From sequence record SRR20825010_3141: DNA of 64,000 bases; one strand, given 5' to 3'. The notes under the pieces are model-generated. The model saw nothing but the letters and a program-made list of their open reading frames with translations. It did no database searches and was not told the origin of the DNA. The translations under genes were made by a program, and so were the position numbers. Shown piece after piece: positions 10,356 to 19,487 of the stretch (position 1 is the stretch's first letter; each line of letters begins with the position of its first letter).

Positions 10356-11771
10356 TTAGGGGCGGGCTTCGTAGAGAAGTTTGCCCTCGTCGTTATAAAA
10401 CTTGATTGACAGATCCTCGCCCGCAGTGACCGATAGGAAGCCTCCGCTGGGTTCCGGCGAGATGAATGCCTGTTCGATCAAAGCTTCAGGGTCGGTGCCT
10501 CGCCGCGACCCAGGTGGCACGCCCATTCGAGAGTTTTCGTCATTCAAGGCGCCGCAAGCAAACTCTTGAATGCCCGACGGATGAATGCTGTGGTACTGCC
10601 AGTGTCGGTCGCCACACATCGTCATGAAGTGATCGATTTCATTGGTGTCCAACCACTCAAAGAACTCATTCGCTTCGTGCCGAAATCCTTTCAAATTGGC
10701 GTGGTTGTCTTTTTTGTAGGCATCGTCAGGGCCGATCAAAGGAGTGGGCGAGATCAACAACTTCCATTTCGCGTCACTTGCTTTCAGTGTGCTCTTGAGC
10801 CATTGCTTTTGCTTGTCGCCCCACAGTGTCTTCTCCGGTCCATCCTTCATGCGATTGGGTGATCGGTAGTCACGACCTTCCGTCAACCAAATTTGAAGGT
10901 GTTTGTTGACGCGAAAAGTTCGATAGGTCGGTGGATTCTGATCGTCCGCGGGAACGATGGGCAGTTGTTCTCGAAAGACTTGAATTCCGGTTTTGGGAAG
11001 CGGCAGACGATCCTTGTCGTGGTCCGAATCGTTGAAGCGAAAGTCATGGTCATCTTTGGACCAATACCCCGGGACTTCTTTCAAGAAATCGATCAGGCGA
11101 GGGAAACGGAACTGTTCGTGCCAGCATTGTCGAAGCTGCGTCAAGGTTTCCGCATTTCGATAGGGATTGTCGTAGTAAACGATGTCGCCGGTACCAACGA
11201 AGAAAGCTGGCGAATGTTTTTTCATATGGACCAACGCCGGATAACCCAGTCGCTTGTCCTCTTCCGTGGCAGTCAGTGGCCCGGATGACTTGGCTTTCTT
11301 GCCGTGCAGGAACTTGTTGTAGTTCATGCAACTGAAAACCAGGAACTCGACATCGGCCTCGGAGTCTTCGGCCGGGAGCGTTTGGAATTGACCGATTGGT
11401 TTGAACGGGCGTTCCTCGGTCGCGACGGAAACCAACGCTCGATAGTAGTAACGCGTTCCAGGAGTGAGCGACGTGACAAGGTGGCGAACGATGAAGTCGT
11501 GGCCAGGTTCCGCGACCAACAGGTCGCTTGTTTGCGACGATCGAAAATCAGAGGCGGTGGACCATTCGAAACGTACTCTTCCTGCGCGACCAGGCAAATC
11601 GCCGAACTCGTCCAACCCTTCTCTCGCGGTCAGTCTTGTTTGCAGCAACACGCTGGTCGAGGTGACTTCACCGGACATCACGCCTTGGCCAAGGAAATAC
11701 CGTTGTGCTTGAACCGCAGATGAGCAGACAAGCGACGCAAGGAAGACCAGAGCAAGACGTGATAGCATCAT
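10356..11771 (-). CDS. phoD: Alkaline phosphatase D family protein
   Basis: GVMSGEV, FSCMNY, GDIVYYD, DDHDF, RDYRS, LWGDKQKQWL, GDRH; signal peptide. Confidence 0.85.
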   Translation of the reverse strand: MMLSRLALVFLASLVCSSAVQAQRYFLGQGVMSGEVTSTSVLLQTRLTAREGLDEFGDLPGRAGRVRFEWSTASDFRSSQTSDLLVAEPGHDFIVRHLVTSLTPGTRYYYRALVSVATEERPFKPIGQFQTLPAEDSEADVEFLVFSCMNYNKFLHGKKAKSSGPLTATEEDKRLGYPALVHMKKHSPAFFVGTGDIVYYDNPYRNAETLTQLRQCWHEQFRFPRLIDFLKEVPGYWSKDDHDFRFNDSDHDKDRLPLPKTGIQVFREQLPIVPADDQNPPTYRTFRVNKHLQIWLTEGRDYRSPNRMKDGPEKTLWGDKQKQWLKSTLKASDAKWKLLISPTPLIGPDDAYKKDNHANLKGFRHEANEFFEWLDTNEIDHFMTMCGDRHWQYHSIHPSGIQEFACGALNDENSRMGVPPGSRRGTDPEALIEQAFISPEPSGGFLSVTAGEDLSIKFYNDEGKLLYEARP

Positions 11772-11821
11772 TTCAACCTAAGAAAGCGGCACCGTAAGTG
11801 AGTGCAGGAACGTCTCGGAGT

Positions 11822-12691
11822 TCACTCGGCTGATGCGGTGGTTTCGTCGAGCTGTCCAGCCGCCCAAAGCACACCGCGTGAAACGAGGTCCATGTAGCGA
11901 GCGTCGGCGACGGTTTCGTTTTGGTGTCCAAGTGAGGTGCTGAAAATTCGCGTTTTGTTGGGACCGTATTCGTTGGTCCAAGCAACGACAGCAGTGGCTT
12001 CTTTTGCTTTTGCGTTGGGATCTTGCTTCAGTTGTTTCTTGTTCGGTGGAGTCTCTTGGACGCCTTGGATCAATGCCGAGGCACCATCAAACACGCGAAT
12101 GTTGTTGTAGAGTTCTTCGTTGATGGTTGTCCAATCTTCCATGCCGGCGGTGATTGGATGTTTGTCCAAGTGTTTGATATCGATTGGAAATTTGGGGCCG
12201 TGACCAGTCGACTGCAAACCAAGCATCTCGTACCAACCCGCATTGTCGGCTCCGTCTTTGACAGGTTGGCGGAAGTCGTCCCAGCGATAGCTGTGCATGG
12301 CGCAGTGGAGATTCACGGCGGGCACGCCATCGAGGTGCTGTTTCAAGATTCGATTCACATACGGCTTTTCGATGACGTCCGCTGAGCACTCATCGTGAAT
12401 CACGACGTCATAGCCATTTGCCCAATCGTCGGACTCGTAAATGTCGAATCGTGCTCGGGTGGTCGTGTTGTCACTCAGCACAACGGTGACCTTGGCATTG
12501 ATTCGCTCTTCCAGTCCCTCCTTCAGAATCTTTGTTTGGCTGGTGTAGTCGTGGCAGCAACCGCCGGCGACGAGTAGCACCTGAAGCGGCTTCTTTTCGG
12601 ATGAAGCTGCGGCGTCTTCTCCATGAGTCGCACTCGCAACGAAGAAGGGAGATAGGATGGCGGCAAACGCGAGAAGGATGAACTTTTGCAT
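11822..12691 (-). CDS. ThuA-like (class I GATase-like fold) exported protein
   Basis: GGCCHDY, NLHCAMH, HPI, EELY, RIFSTSLGH; signal peptide from ATG 12691. Confidence 0.8.
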   Translation of the reverse strand: MQKFILLAFAAILSPFFVASATHGEDAAASSEKKPLQVLLVAGGCCHDYTSQTKILKEGLEERINAKVTVVLSDNTTTRARFDIYESDDWANGYDVVIHDECSADVIEKPYVNRILKQHLDGVPAVNLHCAMHSYRWDDFRQPVKDGADNAGWYEMLGLQSTGHGPKFPIDIKHLDKHPITAGMEDWTTINEELYNNIRVFDGASALIQGVQETPPNKKQLKQDPNAKAKEATAVVAWTNEYGPNKTRIFSTSLGHQNETVADARYMDLVSRGVLWAAGQLDETTASAE

Positions 12692-12848
12692 CGTGATGTG
12701 AGCTTGAGTTGAGTCGAAAGATCGGAAGGTTTCGTATTGTAAACGACCAGTCGGGTATTTGGTTGGGGTAAGGTGTTTTCTGCTGAATTCCAACCCCACA
12801 GGAATGCGTTCCATGAAGCGTTTTCGATTCAATCACTTCCGCGGCGAA

Positions 12849-15800
12849 ATGCGTGCGGATTTTCGTTCTCCAGCGGTCTTCTGCTGTTCGTTGCTGGCTC
12901 TTTTTATTGCCGGAGGGCCTGCTTTGATTGGGCAGGAACGGAATCAATCGGAGAGCGTGTCGGCGGAGATGCCAGTTGGTGCTGCCGAACCCGTGACCGC
13001 GGCGGAAATTTACGGTGAAGGGGTTCGGTCGACAGGGCACCGAACTCCCGCCGAAGAGATGGCTGGGTTCCACCTGCCGCCCGACTTCGAGATAAGGCTT
13101 TTTGCATCTGAGCCCGAAATTGCCAAGCCGTTGAATATGGCGATGGATTCGGAAGGCAGCTTATGGGTGACCGAAAGTGTTGCTTATCCGTATCCGGTGG
13201 CATTGGACGAAGAGGGCCCCGATTCAATCAAGGTGTTGAAAGACACTGACGGTGATGGAAAAGCTGATTCGATCAGGGTGTTTGCGGATGGATTGAACAT
13301 CCCGATGGGAGTGCTGCCTTACGGTGACGGATGCTTGTGTTTCAGCATTCCAAACATTTGGTACCTCCGTGACACCGACGGCGATGGGAAGTGTGATGAG
13401 CGGCAAATCGTCTTGGGGCCGTTTGACACGACCCGAGACACGCACGGCATGATCAATTCCTTGCGAGACGGTGGTGATGGTTGGATCTATGCCTGTCATG
13501 GATTCAGCAATCAAAGCCGAGTTGCGGGAACGGATGGGCACCTTGTCACGATGGTTTCAGGCAACACATTCCGGTTCCGGCCTGATGGAAGTCGGGTGGA
13601 GTTGCATACTCGCGGGCAAGTCAATCCGTTTGGGATGACGAGTGACGAATGGGGGTATTGGTATTCAGCGGACTGCCACAGCAAACCGATCAGCCAGTTG
13701 GTCGCTGGTGCTTGCTACCCGAGTTTTGGTCTGCCACATGATGGGTTGGGTTTTCTGCCGCCGATGATGGACCATTTGCATGGCAGCACCGCGATTTCTG
13801 GTATTCATTTTTTTCCACCCGACTCGATGGTCGTTCCACTTCGTAACTGTTTTATCAGCGGCAACGTGATGACTTCACGTTTGAATTGGAACCAACGAGA
13901 GTTCGTTGGGGCGACGGCGAAAGGGCGGGCGTTGCCCGATTTTTTGACCAGCGATGACCCTTGGTTTCGGCCAGTGGATATTCAGGTCGACAAACAAGGG
14001 AATATTTACGTCGCCGATTTCTACAACAAAATCATTGGCCACTACGAAGTGCCGCTGGAGCATCCAGGGCGAGATCGAACGAGTGGCCGTATCTGGCAAG
14101 TTCGTTATACGGGCACCGCAATCGATGGGGATGAATCGACCAGTGAAGAACAGCGGATGGTCGCTAAAATTCGAACGAGTCATGATGGCAATGCAGACAC
14201 CATGTCATTGGAGCAAATTCGTGGGTTGTTGATGCATGACAACGCCCACATCGCGCGGATGTCCGCTGAGTGCATCGGCCGACGTGGGGACGCGACGGAC
14301 GTGGCAGGATTGGTGGCAACGTTGAGCGAGGTCGATGAGGCGGACGTTGTCTTGCGGCAAACAATCCGCATTGCCATTCGCAATTTGTTACAGCTCGCCT
14401 CTGACGATGATCCGTTTTGGGATTCTGCACCTGACGCAGAGACGGCCTCGATCATGCTAGGGCTGAAGCGAAATGAAGTCGTCGAGCCGATCTTGGCCTA
14501 TTTGACGACAGCGATGCAAGTCAAAGGCGAGCAAGCAGCGAACAGGGCCTTGTTCGGTCACGCGGTATCGTTGGCGAAACCGCATCAGTTGGGTGCCTGC
14601 GTCGCGTTGGCCAAGCAATTGGCAGGTTCCAACACAGAGCAGGCATTCGATTGGTTGCATCTGATTAGCGACGCGGCCGGTTTTCAATCGGCGAGTGTCC
14701 CGACATCCATTCGAAGTTGGGCAATGGAGTTGATCGAAGCCGAATGGAACGAGTTGACCGTCGCTGATGATATTCCGGTCGCATGGTTCGGTTCCGACGA
14801 AAAGAATTGGTCCACCGAACGGCGTTTGACTCATGTGGCGGCATCGGCTGAGGAACGCGATGTGTTTGCGGAGCTAGTGAGCAGCTTTCCGCTCGGCGAG
14901 ACATATACGGGAACGATCGCGAGTGATTGGTTTGAGGCCCCCGAGCAAATCCGATTTCGCGTTGCCGGCCACAATGCTCGGCCAGGACAAATCAATCCAG
15001 AATCGAACTTCGTTCGTCTGGTTTCAGCGAAAACGGGAGAGGTGCTTCGACAAGTGTTGCCTCCTCGCTCGGACGTCGCGCAATTGGTCGTTTGGGAGAC
15101 CCATGACGTGGTTGGCCAATTGGTTCGAATCGAAGCTGTCGACGGTGACTCGGGCACTGCCTACGCGTGGTTGGCGATCGGTGACTTCATGCCGGGAAGG
15201 CTCAGTCCAACTGGACCGTCTCGTCGGTGGGCGAGAGCATTGGAATGGATTGAACGACTCGAGTTGTTTGAATTCGAGGGTCGCTTGAAGGGACTGCTCG
15301 TCGATGAACAATTTGGTCCGCTGACGCGATTGAGTGTCGCCGGCACGGTGGCAAATTTGAAAGGGCAAGCTGGATTGTCGACGCTGGCTCAATTCGTGTC
15401 GGCGGAAATCGGACAAGTGGATTTGGCTGAGTCGATCGTTGATGCAATTGCGAGTGAGCGATGGGAGGCAGTTGAGCAGCTGAAGCAACTGGGGCCGCAT
15501 CTGAATGCATCGCAGCAACGGAAGCTGGCGCTGAATTGGATCGCTAGTGGTGCGGACCCGGCGGTTTTGTTTTCCGTGATCGAGTCGGGGTCGTACGCCG
15601 CGCAAGTATTGGTTGATCCAGATGTTCAGCAGGCGATGGAACCGAAACTGGATGAAGCCTCACGAAATCAGGTGAGGGAGTTGACCGAAGGAATCGTTGT
15701 TGACTCTGGACGCATTGAGAAGTTGAGCCAATTGCTTGCGTCGATTCGAAACGTTGATGGCGACACGGTGAATGGCAAAGCTGTGTTCACCAAACACTGC

Positions 15801-16169
15801 CAAACTTGTCATCAGCTTCATGGTGAAGGGAGTTTGGTCGGTCCGCAGTTGGACGGAGCGATTTCACGAAGTGTGGAGCGGTTGCTAGAGGACGTCGTGC
15901 TGCCGGATCGCAACATTGACCAAGCATTTCGAACGCAGAGTCTGCTGTTGGATGACGGTCGTGTTCTGGTTGGTTTGATCGCCAGTCAGGATGACGAGGT
16001 GATTCGATTGACCACTTCGGATGGGAAGACCCAAGACGTCCGCGTTGACAACGTGGAGGCTCAGCAAGCATCCCAGCGATCATTGATGCCCGCCAATCTT
16101 TCCGAGTTGATGACCGAGCGAGAACTGGTGGACTTGATGGCCTACCTGAAATCGTCGTCCGGAAACTGA
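12849..16169 (+). CDS. PVC-type membrane-bound dehydrogenase-like, heme-binding CxxCH protein
   Basis: N-terminal beta-propeller motifs (LFASEP, DTDGDGKAD, FRFRPDG, WFRPVD, GRIW), HEAT-like middle region, C-terminal GKAVFTKHCQTCH...GPQL...SLMP; start uncertain. Confidence 0.85.
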   Translation: MRADFRSPAVFCCSLLALFIAGGPALIGQERNQSESVSAEMPVGAAEPVTAAEIYGEGVRSTGHRTPAEEMAGFHLPPDFEIRLFASEPEIAKPLNMAMDSEGSLWVTESVAYPYPVALDEEGPDSIKVLKDTDGDGKADSIRVFADGLNIPMGVLPYGDGCLCFSIPNIWYLRDTDGDGKCDERQIVLGPFDTTRDTHGMINSLRDGGDGWIYACHGFSNQSRVAGTDGHLVTMVSGNTFRFRPDGSRVELHTRGQVNPFGMTSDEWGYWYSADCHSKPISQLVAGACYPSFGLPHDGLGFLPPMMDHLHGSTAISGIHFFPPDSMVVPLRNCFISGNVMTSRLNWNQREFVGATAKGRALPDFLTSDDPWFRPVDIQVDKQGNIYVADFYNKIIGHYEVPLEHPGRDRTSGRIWQVRYTGTAIDGDESTSEEQRMVAKIRTSHDGNADTMSLEQIRGLLMHDNAHIARMSAECIGRRGDATDVAGLVATLSEVDEADVVLRQTIRIAIRNLLQLASDDDPFWDSAPDAETASIMLGLKRNEVVEPILAYLTTAMQVKGEQAANRALFGHAVSLAKPHQLGACVALAKQLAGSNTEQAFDWLHLISDAAGFQSASVPTSIRSWAMELIEAEWNELTVADDIPVAWFGSDEKNWSTERRLTHVAASAEERDVFAELVSSFPLGETYTGTIASDWFEAPEQIRFRVAGHNARPGQINPESNFVRLVSAKTGEVLRQVLPPRSDVAQLVVWETHDVVGQLVRIEAVDGDSGTAYAWLAIGDFMPGRLSPTGPSRRWARALEWIERLELFEFEGRLKGLLVDEQFGPLTRLSVAGTVANLKGQAGLSTLAQFVSAEIGQVDLAESIVDAIASERWEAVEQLKQLGPHLNASQQRKLALNWIASGADPAVLFSVIESGSYAAQVLVDPDVQQAMEPKLDEASRNQVRELTEGIVVDSGRIEKLSQLLASIRNVDGDTVNGKAVFTKHCQTCHQLHGEGSLVGPQLDGAISRSVERLLEDVVLPDRNIDQAFRTQSLLLDDGRVLVGLIASQDDEVIRLTTSDGKTQDVRVDNVEAQQASQRSLMPANLSELMTERELVDLMAYLKSSSGN

Positions 16170-16262
16170 ACGGACGTTGTGCGAGGATGCTGCGGGACGC
16201 GACTGCGCTCCGGCTGATTTGGTTTCCCGGAAAGCAACAGGTGACCCGCACATTGGCGCATG

Positions 16263-16295
16263 AAAAACCCCGGCATCAAATCAGATGCCGGGGTT
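16263..16295 (-). terminator. Intrinsic terminator downstream of pnp
   Basis: 12-bp perfect stem AACCCCGGCATC/GATGCCGGGGTT ending in a U-tract on the minus strand. Confidence 0.8.
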
Positions 16296-16331
16296 GAATG
16301 ATCATTCAGTGGTACTTCGGTTGAGAAGCGA

Positions 16332-18596
16332 TCAGTCGCGATCGCGTCCGCCACCGCTTCGACGTGGGCCGCGTCCGCGACCTCCGCCTCCACCACCACC
16401 GCCGCTGCCGCCGCGTCGACGACGTGGACGATCTTCACCGTCGCCACCGCCTTCGCTGTCGCCGCCACCTTCGCCTTCAACGGCCAAAGGATCTTCTTCG
16501 CCGAGCTCTTCGAGAGCTTTGCGACGGCTGAGCTTCACGCGATCGTGCTCGTCGACATCGATGACCAAGACCTTCATGGCGTCGCCAACGGCGATCACTT
16601 GGTCCAGGCTGCTAATGTATCCGCCACTCATTTCGCTGATGTGAACCAGTCCATCGCGACCGGGAAGGATTTCAACGAAGGCACCAAACTCTTTGATGCT
16701 GCTGACGGTGCCGTCGTAGATCTTGCCAATCTGAACGGTTGCCGTGCAAGCTTCGACCTGACGCATGGCTTCTTGAGCCGACTCTTTGTTGCTGCTGGCA
16801 ACCAAGACGGTGCCTTCATCATCAACTTCGATGACCGCACCGGTCGTTTCTTGAATTCCACGGATGTTCTTTCCGCCAGGACCGATCAGGGCACCGATCT
16901 TGTCGGGCGAGATCTTCGTGCGAAGCAAGCGAGGAGCGGTAGGCGAGATTTCGCGACGAGGACGTGGGATCGTCGTCAGCATCTTTTTCAGGATCTCGAT
17001 CCGAGCTTCACGCGATTGTTTCAGCGTGGCGCGGATGATGTCGTTGGTGACACCGGTGACTTTGAGGTCCAACTGGATACCGGTGATACCGTTTTGAGTA
17101 CCAGCGATCTTGAAGTCCATGTCGCCGAAGTGGTCTTCGGTTCCGAGGATGTCAGTGATCAAGCACCAGTTGTCAGGGCCGTCTTGGACGAGGCCGACCG
17201 AGATACCAGCGACTGGGTTGCTGATTGGAACACCCGAAGCCATCAGGCCGAGGGTAGCACCACAAACGGAAGCCATGGAGGAGCTACCGTTCGATTCGGT
17301 GATGTCGCTGATCACGCGAATTGTGTAGGGGAAGTCGTCGGCGGAAGGAAGCACGGGAGCGACGCTACGCTCAGCCAAGCAACCGTGTCCGATTTCACGA
17401 CGTCCAGGTCCACGAATCGGACGGCATTCGCCAACCGAGTACGAAGGGAAGTTGTAGTCCAGCATGAACTTCTTGCTGTACTCGTCCTGCAGGCCGTCGA
17501 CGCGTTGTTCGTCGCGGCTGGTTCCCAATGCGATCGTGATGAGGGCTTGGGTTTCGCCACGTTGGAACAAAGCCGAGCCGTGAACGCGTGGCAACAAGTC
17601 CGTTTCGCAGTGAATAGCGCGAAGCGAGTTGTGGTCGCGGCCATCGGGGCGGGTGCCGGCGAGGATCAGGTCGCGAACGACCTTTTCTTCCAGGTCGTGC
17701 CAGACCGATTTGAAGCGGTTGACGCAAACGGCGTCGGCTGCGTTGGGATCAGGAATGACGTCGGCCATCGCACGATCGCGAACGGCACGGACGGCTTCCG
17801 CACGAGCTTGCTTGCCCGAAGTTTGTTGAGCGGTTTTGAAGTCGCTGTAGTAGGCGTCGGTCAAACGCTGAAGCAACCCGTCGTCTTCAGGTGACTGGTA
17901 AGGAGTCTTCTCTGGGTTGACCTTTTTGTAGAACTCTTCTTGAAGGTCGATGACTTCGCGGATGGCGTCATGGGCGAAGCCAATCGCTTCCATCATCTCG
18001 TCTTCGGGCATTTCGTTGGCAAAGCCTTCGATCATGGCAACCATGTCACGGCTGCCGCTGACGATCATGTCCAACTCGCTTTGTTCGAGTTGATCGGCGG
18101 TTGGGAAGGCGACCAATTTGCCATCAACCTTACCGACTCGAACGCTGCCCAGAGGGCCTTTGAATGGCAGTGGGCTGATGTGCAACGCGGTAGCGCCACC
18201 GATCATTGCCAATACGTCGCCGTCGTTTTGCAAGTCGCTGGCGATCACGCAAGCTTGGACTTGAACTTCATCTTTGTAACCGGCTGGCCAAAGTGGGCGG
18301 ATCGGGCGATCCATCAAACGCGAGCTGAGGATTTCTTTTGTGCTGGGACGACCTTCGCGTTTTAGGAAGCCACCAGGGAATTTACCAGCCGCAGCCAATC
18401 GCTCGCGATAATCACACATCAAAGGGAAGAAATCGATTCCCGGACGTGGCGTACCCGATGCGGCCGCGACCAGCACAACGGTTTCGCCGTATTGAACCAG
18501 CACGCTGCCGGCTGCTTGTTTAGCGATGTGTCCTGTCTCAAACGACAGCACCGAATCACCAATTTTTCGCTCCACGCGAACTTTTTGAACACTCAC
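16332..18596 (-). CDS. pnp: Polyribonucleotide nucleotidyltransferase (PNPase)
   Basis: FFPLxCDYRE, RLMDRPIRP, RGETQ, RREIGHG, SNGSSSMASVC, GDMDFKIAG, then KH and S1 domains; GTG 18596 behind GAGGT. Confidence 0.98.
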   Translation of the reverse strand: MSVQKVRVERKIGDSVLSFETGHIAKQAAGSVLVQYGETVVLVAAASGTPRPGIDFFPLMCDYRERLAAAGKFPGGFLKREGRPSTKEILSSRLMDRPIRPLWPAGYKDEVQVQACVIASDLQNDGDVLAMIGGATALHISPLPFKGPLGSVRVGKVDGKLVAFPTADQLEQSELDMIVSGSRDMVAMIEGFANEMPEDEMMEAIGFAHDAIREVIDLQEEFYKKVNPEKTPYQSPEDDGLLQRLTDAYYSDFKTAQQTSGKQARAEAVRAVRDRAMADVIPDPNAADAVCVNRFKSVWHDLEEKVVRDLILAGTRPDGRDHNSLRAIHCETDLLPRVHGSALFQRGETQALITIALGTSRDEQRVDGLQDEYSKKFMLDYNFPSYSVGECRPIRGPGRREIGHGCLAERSVAPVLPSADDFPYTIRVISDITESNGSSSMASVCGATLGLMASGVPISNPVAGISVGLVQDGPDNWCLITDILGTEDHFGDMDFKIAGTQNGITGIQLDLKVTGVTNDIIRATLKQSREARIEILKKMLTTIPRPRREISPTAPRLLRTKISPDKIGALIGPGGKNIRGIQETTGAVIEVDDEGTVLVASSNKESAQEAMRQVEACTATVQIGKIYDGTVSSIKEFGAFVEILPGRDGLVHISEMSGGYISSLDQVIAVGDAMKVLVIDVDEHDRVKLSRRKALEELGEEDPLAVEGEGGGDSEGGGDGEDRPRRRRGGSGGGGGGGGRGRGPRRSGGGRDRD

Positions 18597-18605
18597 AACA
18601 ACCTC

Positions 18606-19095
18606 TTTTCCTGCATCTACACAACAAACAACAATTTGAACGGCTTTTCCGAAGCCGGCCCGATTTTCATCCCTGGCCAACAAGGCCTTGTCAGCCACAA
18701 CGGCTGATGGGAAAGAGCGGCGAACTGGGTCGCCACGCAACAACGTGAAGAATCGCGAAAATCGCCAAGCGACATTCCCGATTCGTGACAATCAAACGTG
18801 GGCTTGTTTTGATTGGATCGCAATGGGTACCGAAAGGTGCCACAAACGAACTGCTCTGACGAGGCGACAAGACGCAGCCGGACCGGCTGCAGTACATGGA
18901 CAAGGCAAAGTAGAGCCAGCGAAACGGCGATCACGTTCGCTGAGATGGATGGGAAGGATTTGAGTCCAGAGAAGGACATTCCCGATAGCGATGCTGAGCC
19001 GCAGTCAAGCTGCGACTCCATCCCGCCCCGGGACCAGAGAGCCCGGGGGGACATACGCCACGTGGCCGCGGCCACGCCGTCGACCACCCGGTCAC
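18606..19095 (-). promoter_or_regulatory. Long structured rpsO-pnp intercistronic leader
   Basis: At least nine hairpins and a 12-bp direct repeat in about 490 nt with no convincing ORF. Confidence 0.5.
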
Positions 19096-19098
19096 AAA

Positions 19099-19368
19099 CT
19101 ATTTGCGGATACCAAGTTTTCCAATGATATCCAAGTAACGTTGTGGGTCTTGCCCACGAACGTAATCCAGCAGACGGCGACGGCGACTCACCAAACCCAG
19201 CAAACCGCGACGCGAGGCATAATCCTTGCGGTGGGTTCGCATGTGTTCGGTCAATCCGTTGATTCGTTCCGTCAAAATTGCGATCTGCACTTCAGGAGAA
19301 CCAGTGTCTCCAGCTGCGGCGCCGTGCTCGCTGATTACTTCTTCTTTCCGTTCTTTCGAAATCGTCAT
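19099..19368 (-). CDS. rpsO: 30S ribosomal protein S15
   Basis: 89 aa, [24 protein letters not shown]; canonical rpsO-pnp synteny. Confidence 0.99.
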   Translation of the reverse strand: MTISKERKEEVISEHGAAAGDTGSPEVQIAILTERINGLTEHMRTHRKDYASRRGLLGLVSRRRRLLDYVRGQDPQRYLDIIGKLGIRK

Positions 19369-19429
19369 ACCGACTGATGCTTTCCTGATCGTTTGTGATC
19401 GCGGTGGACCAATGTTTCTGAATCGCAGA

Positions 19430-19457
19430 AGTTTAGCGTGCCCCCCTGCGAACGCAA
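19430..19457 (-). promoter_or_regulatory. Candidate sigma70 promoter for rpsO
   Basis: TTGCGT-N16-TAAACT about 60 nt upstream of the ATG. Confidence 0.4.
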
Positions 19458-19487
19458 CGTCAAATTCGCTGCCGTGGGAAAATCGGC

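Noticed and set aside
16545-17894. 449-aa plus-strand ORF antisense to pnp (and similar antisense ORFs at 24118-24795, 27719-28639 and 39449-40345)
   Set aside because: In-register shadows of strongly codon-biased genes; no recognisable motifs
18856-18924. CTGACGAG ... CGAAA resembling a hammerhead ribozyme core
   Set aside because: I could not form stem II directly closing onto GAAA, or stems I and III around a cleavage triplet
18617-19127. Short ORFs in the rpsO-pnp spacer and the 65-aa N-terminal extension of pnp
   Set aside because: No protein-like features; PNPase similarity and an SD point to GTG 18596; the region is better explained as structured RNA
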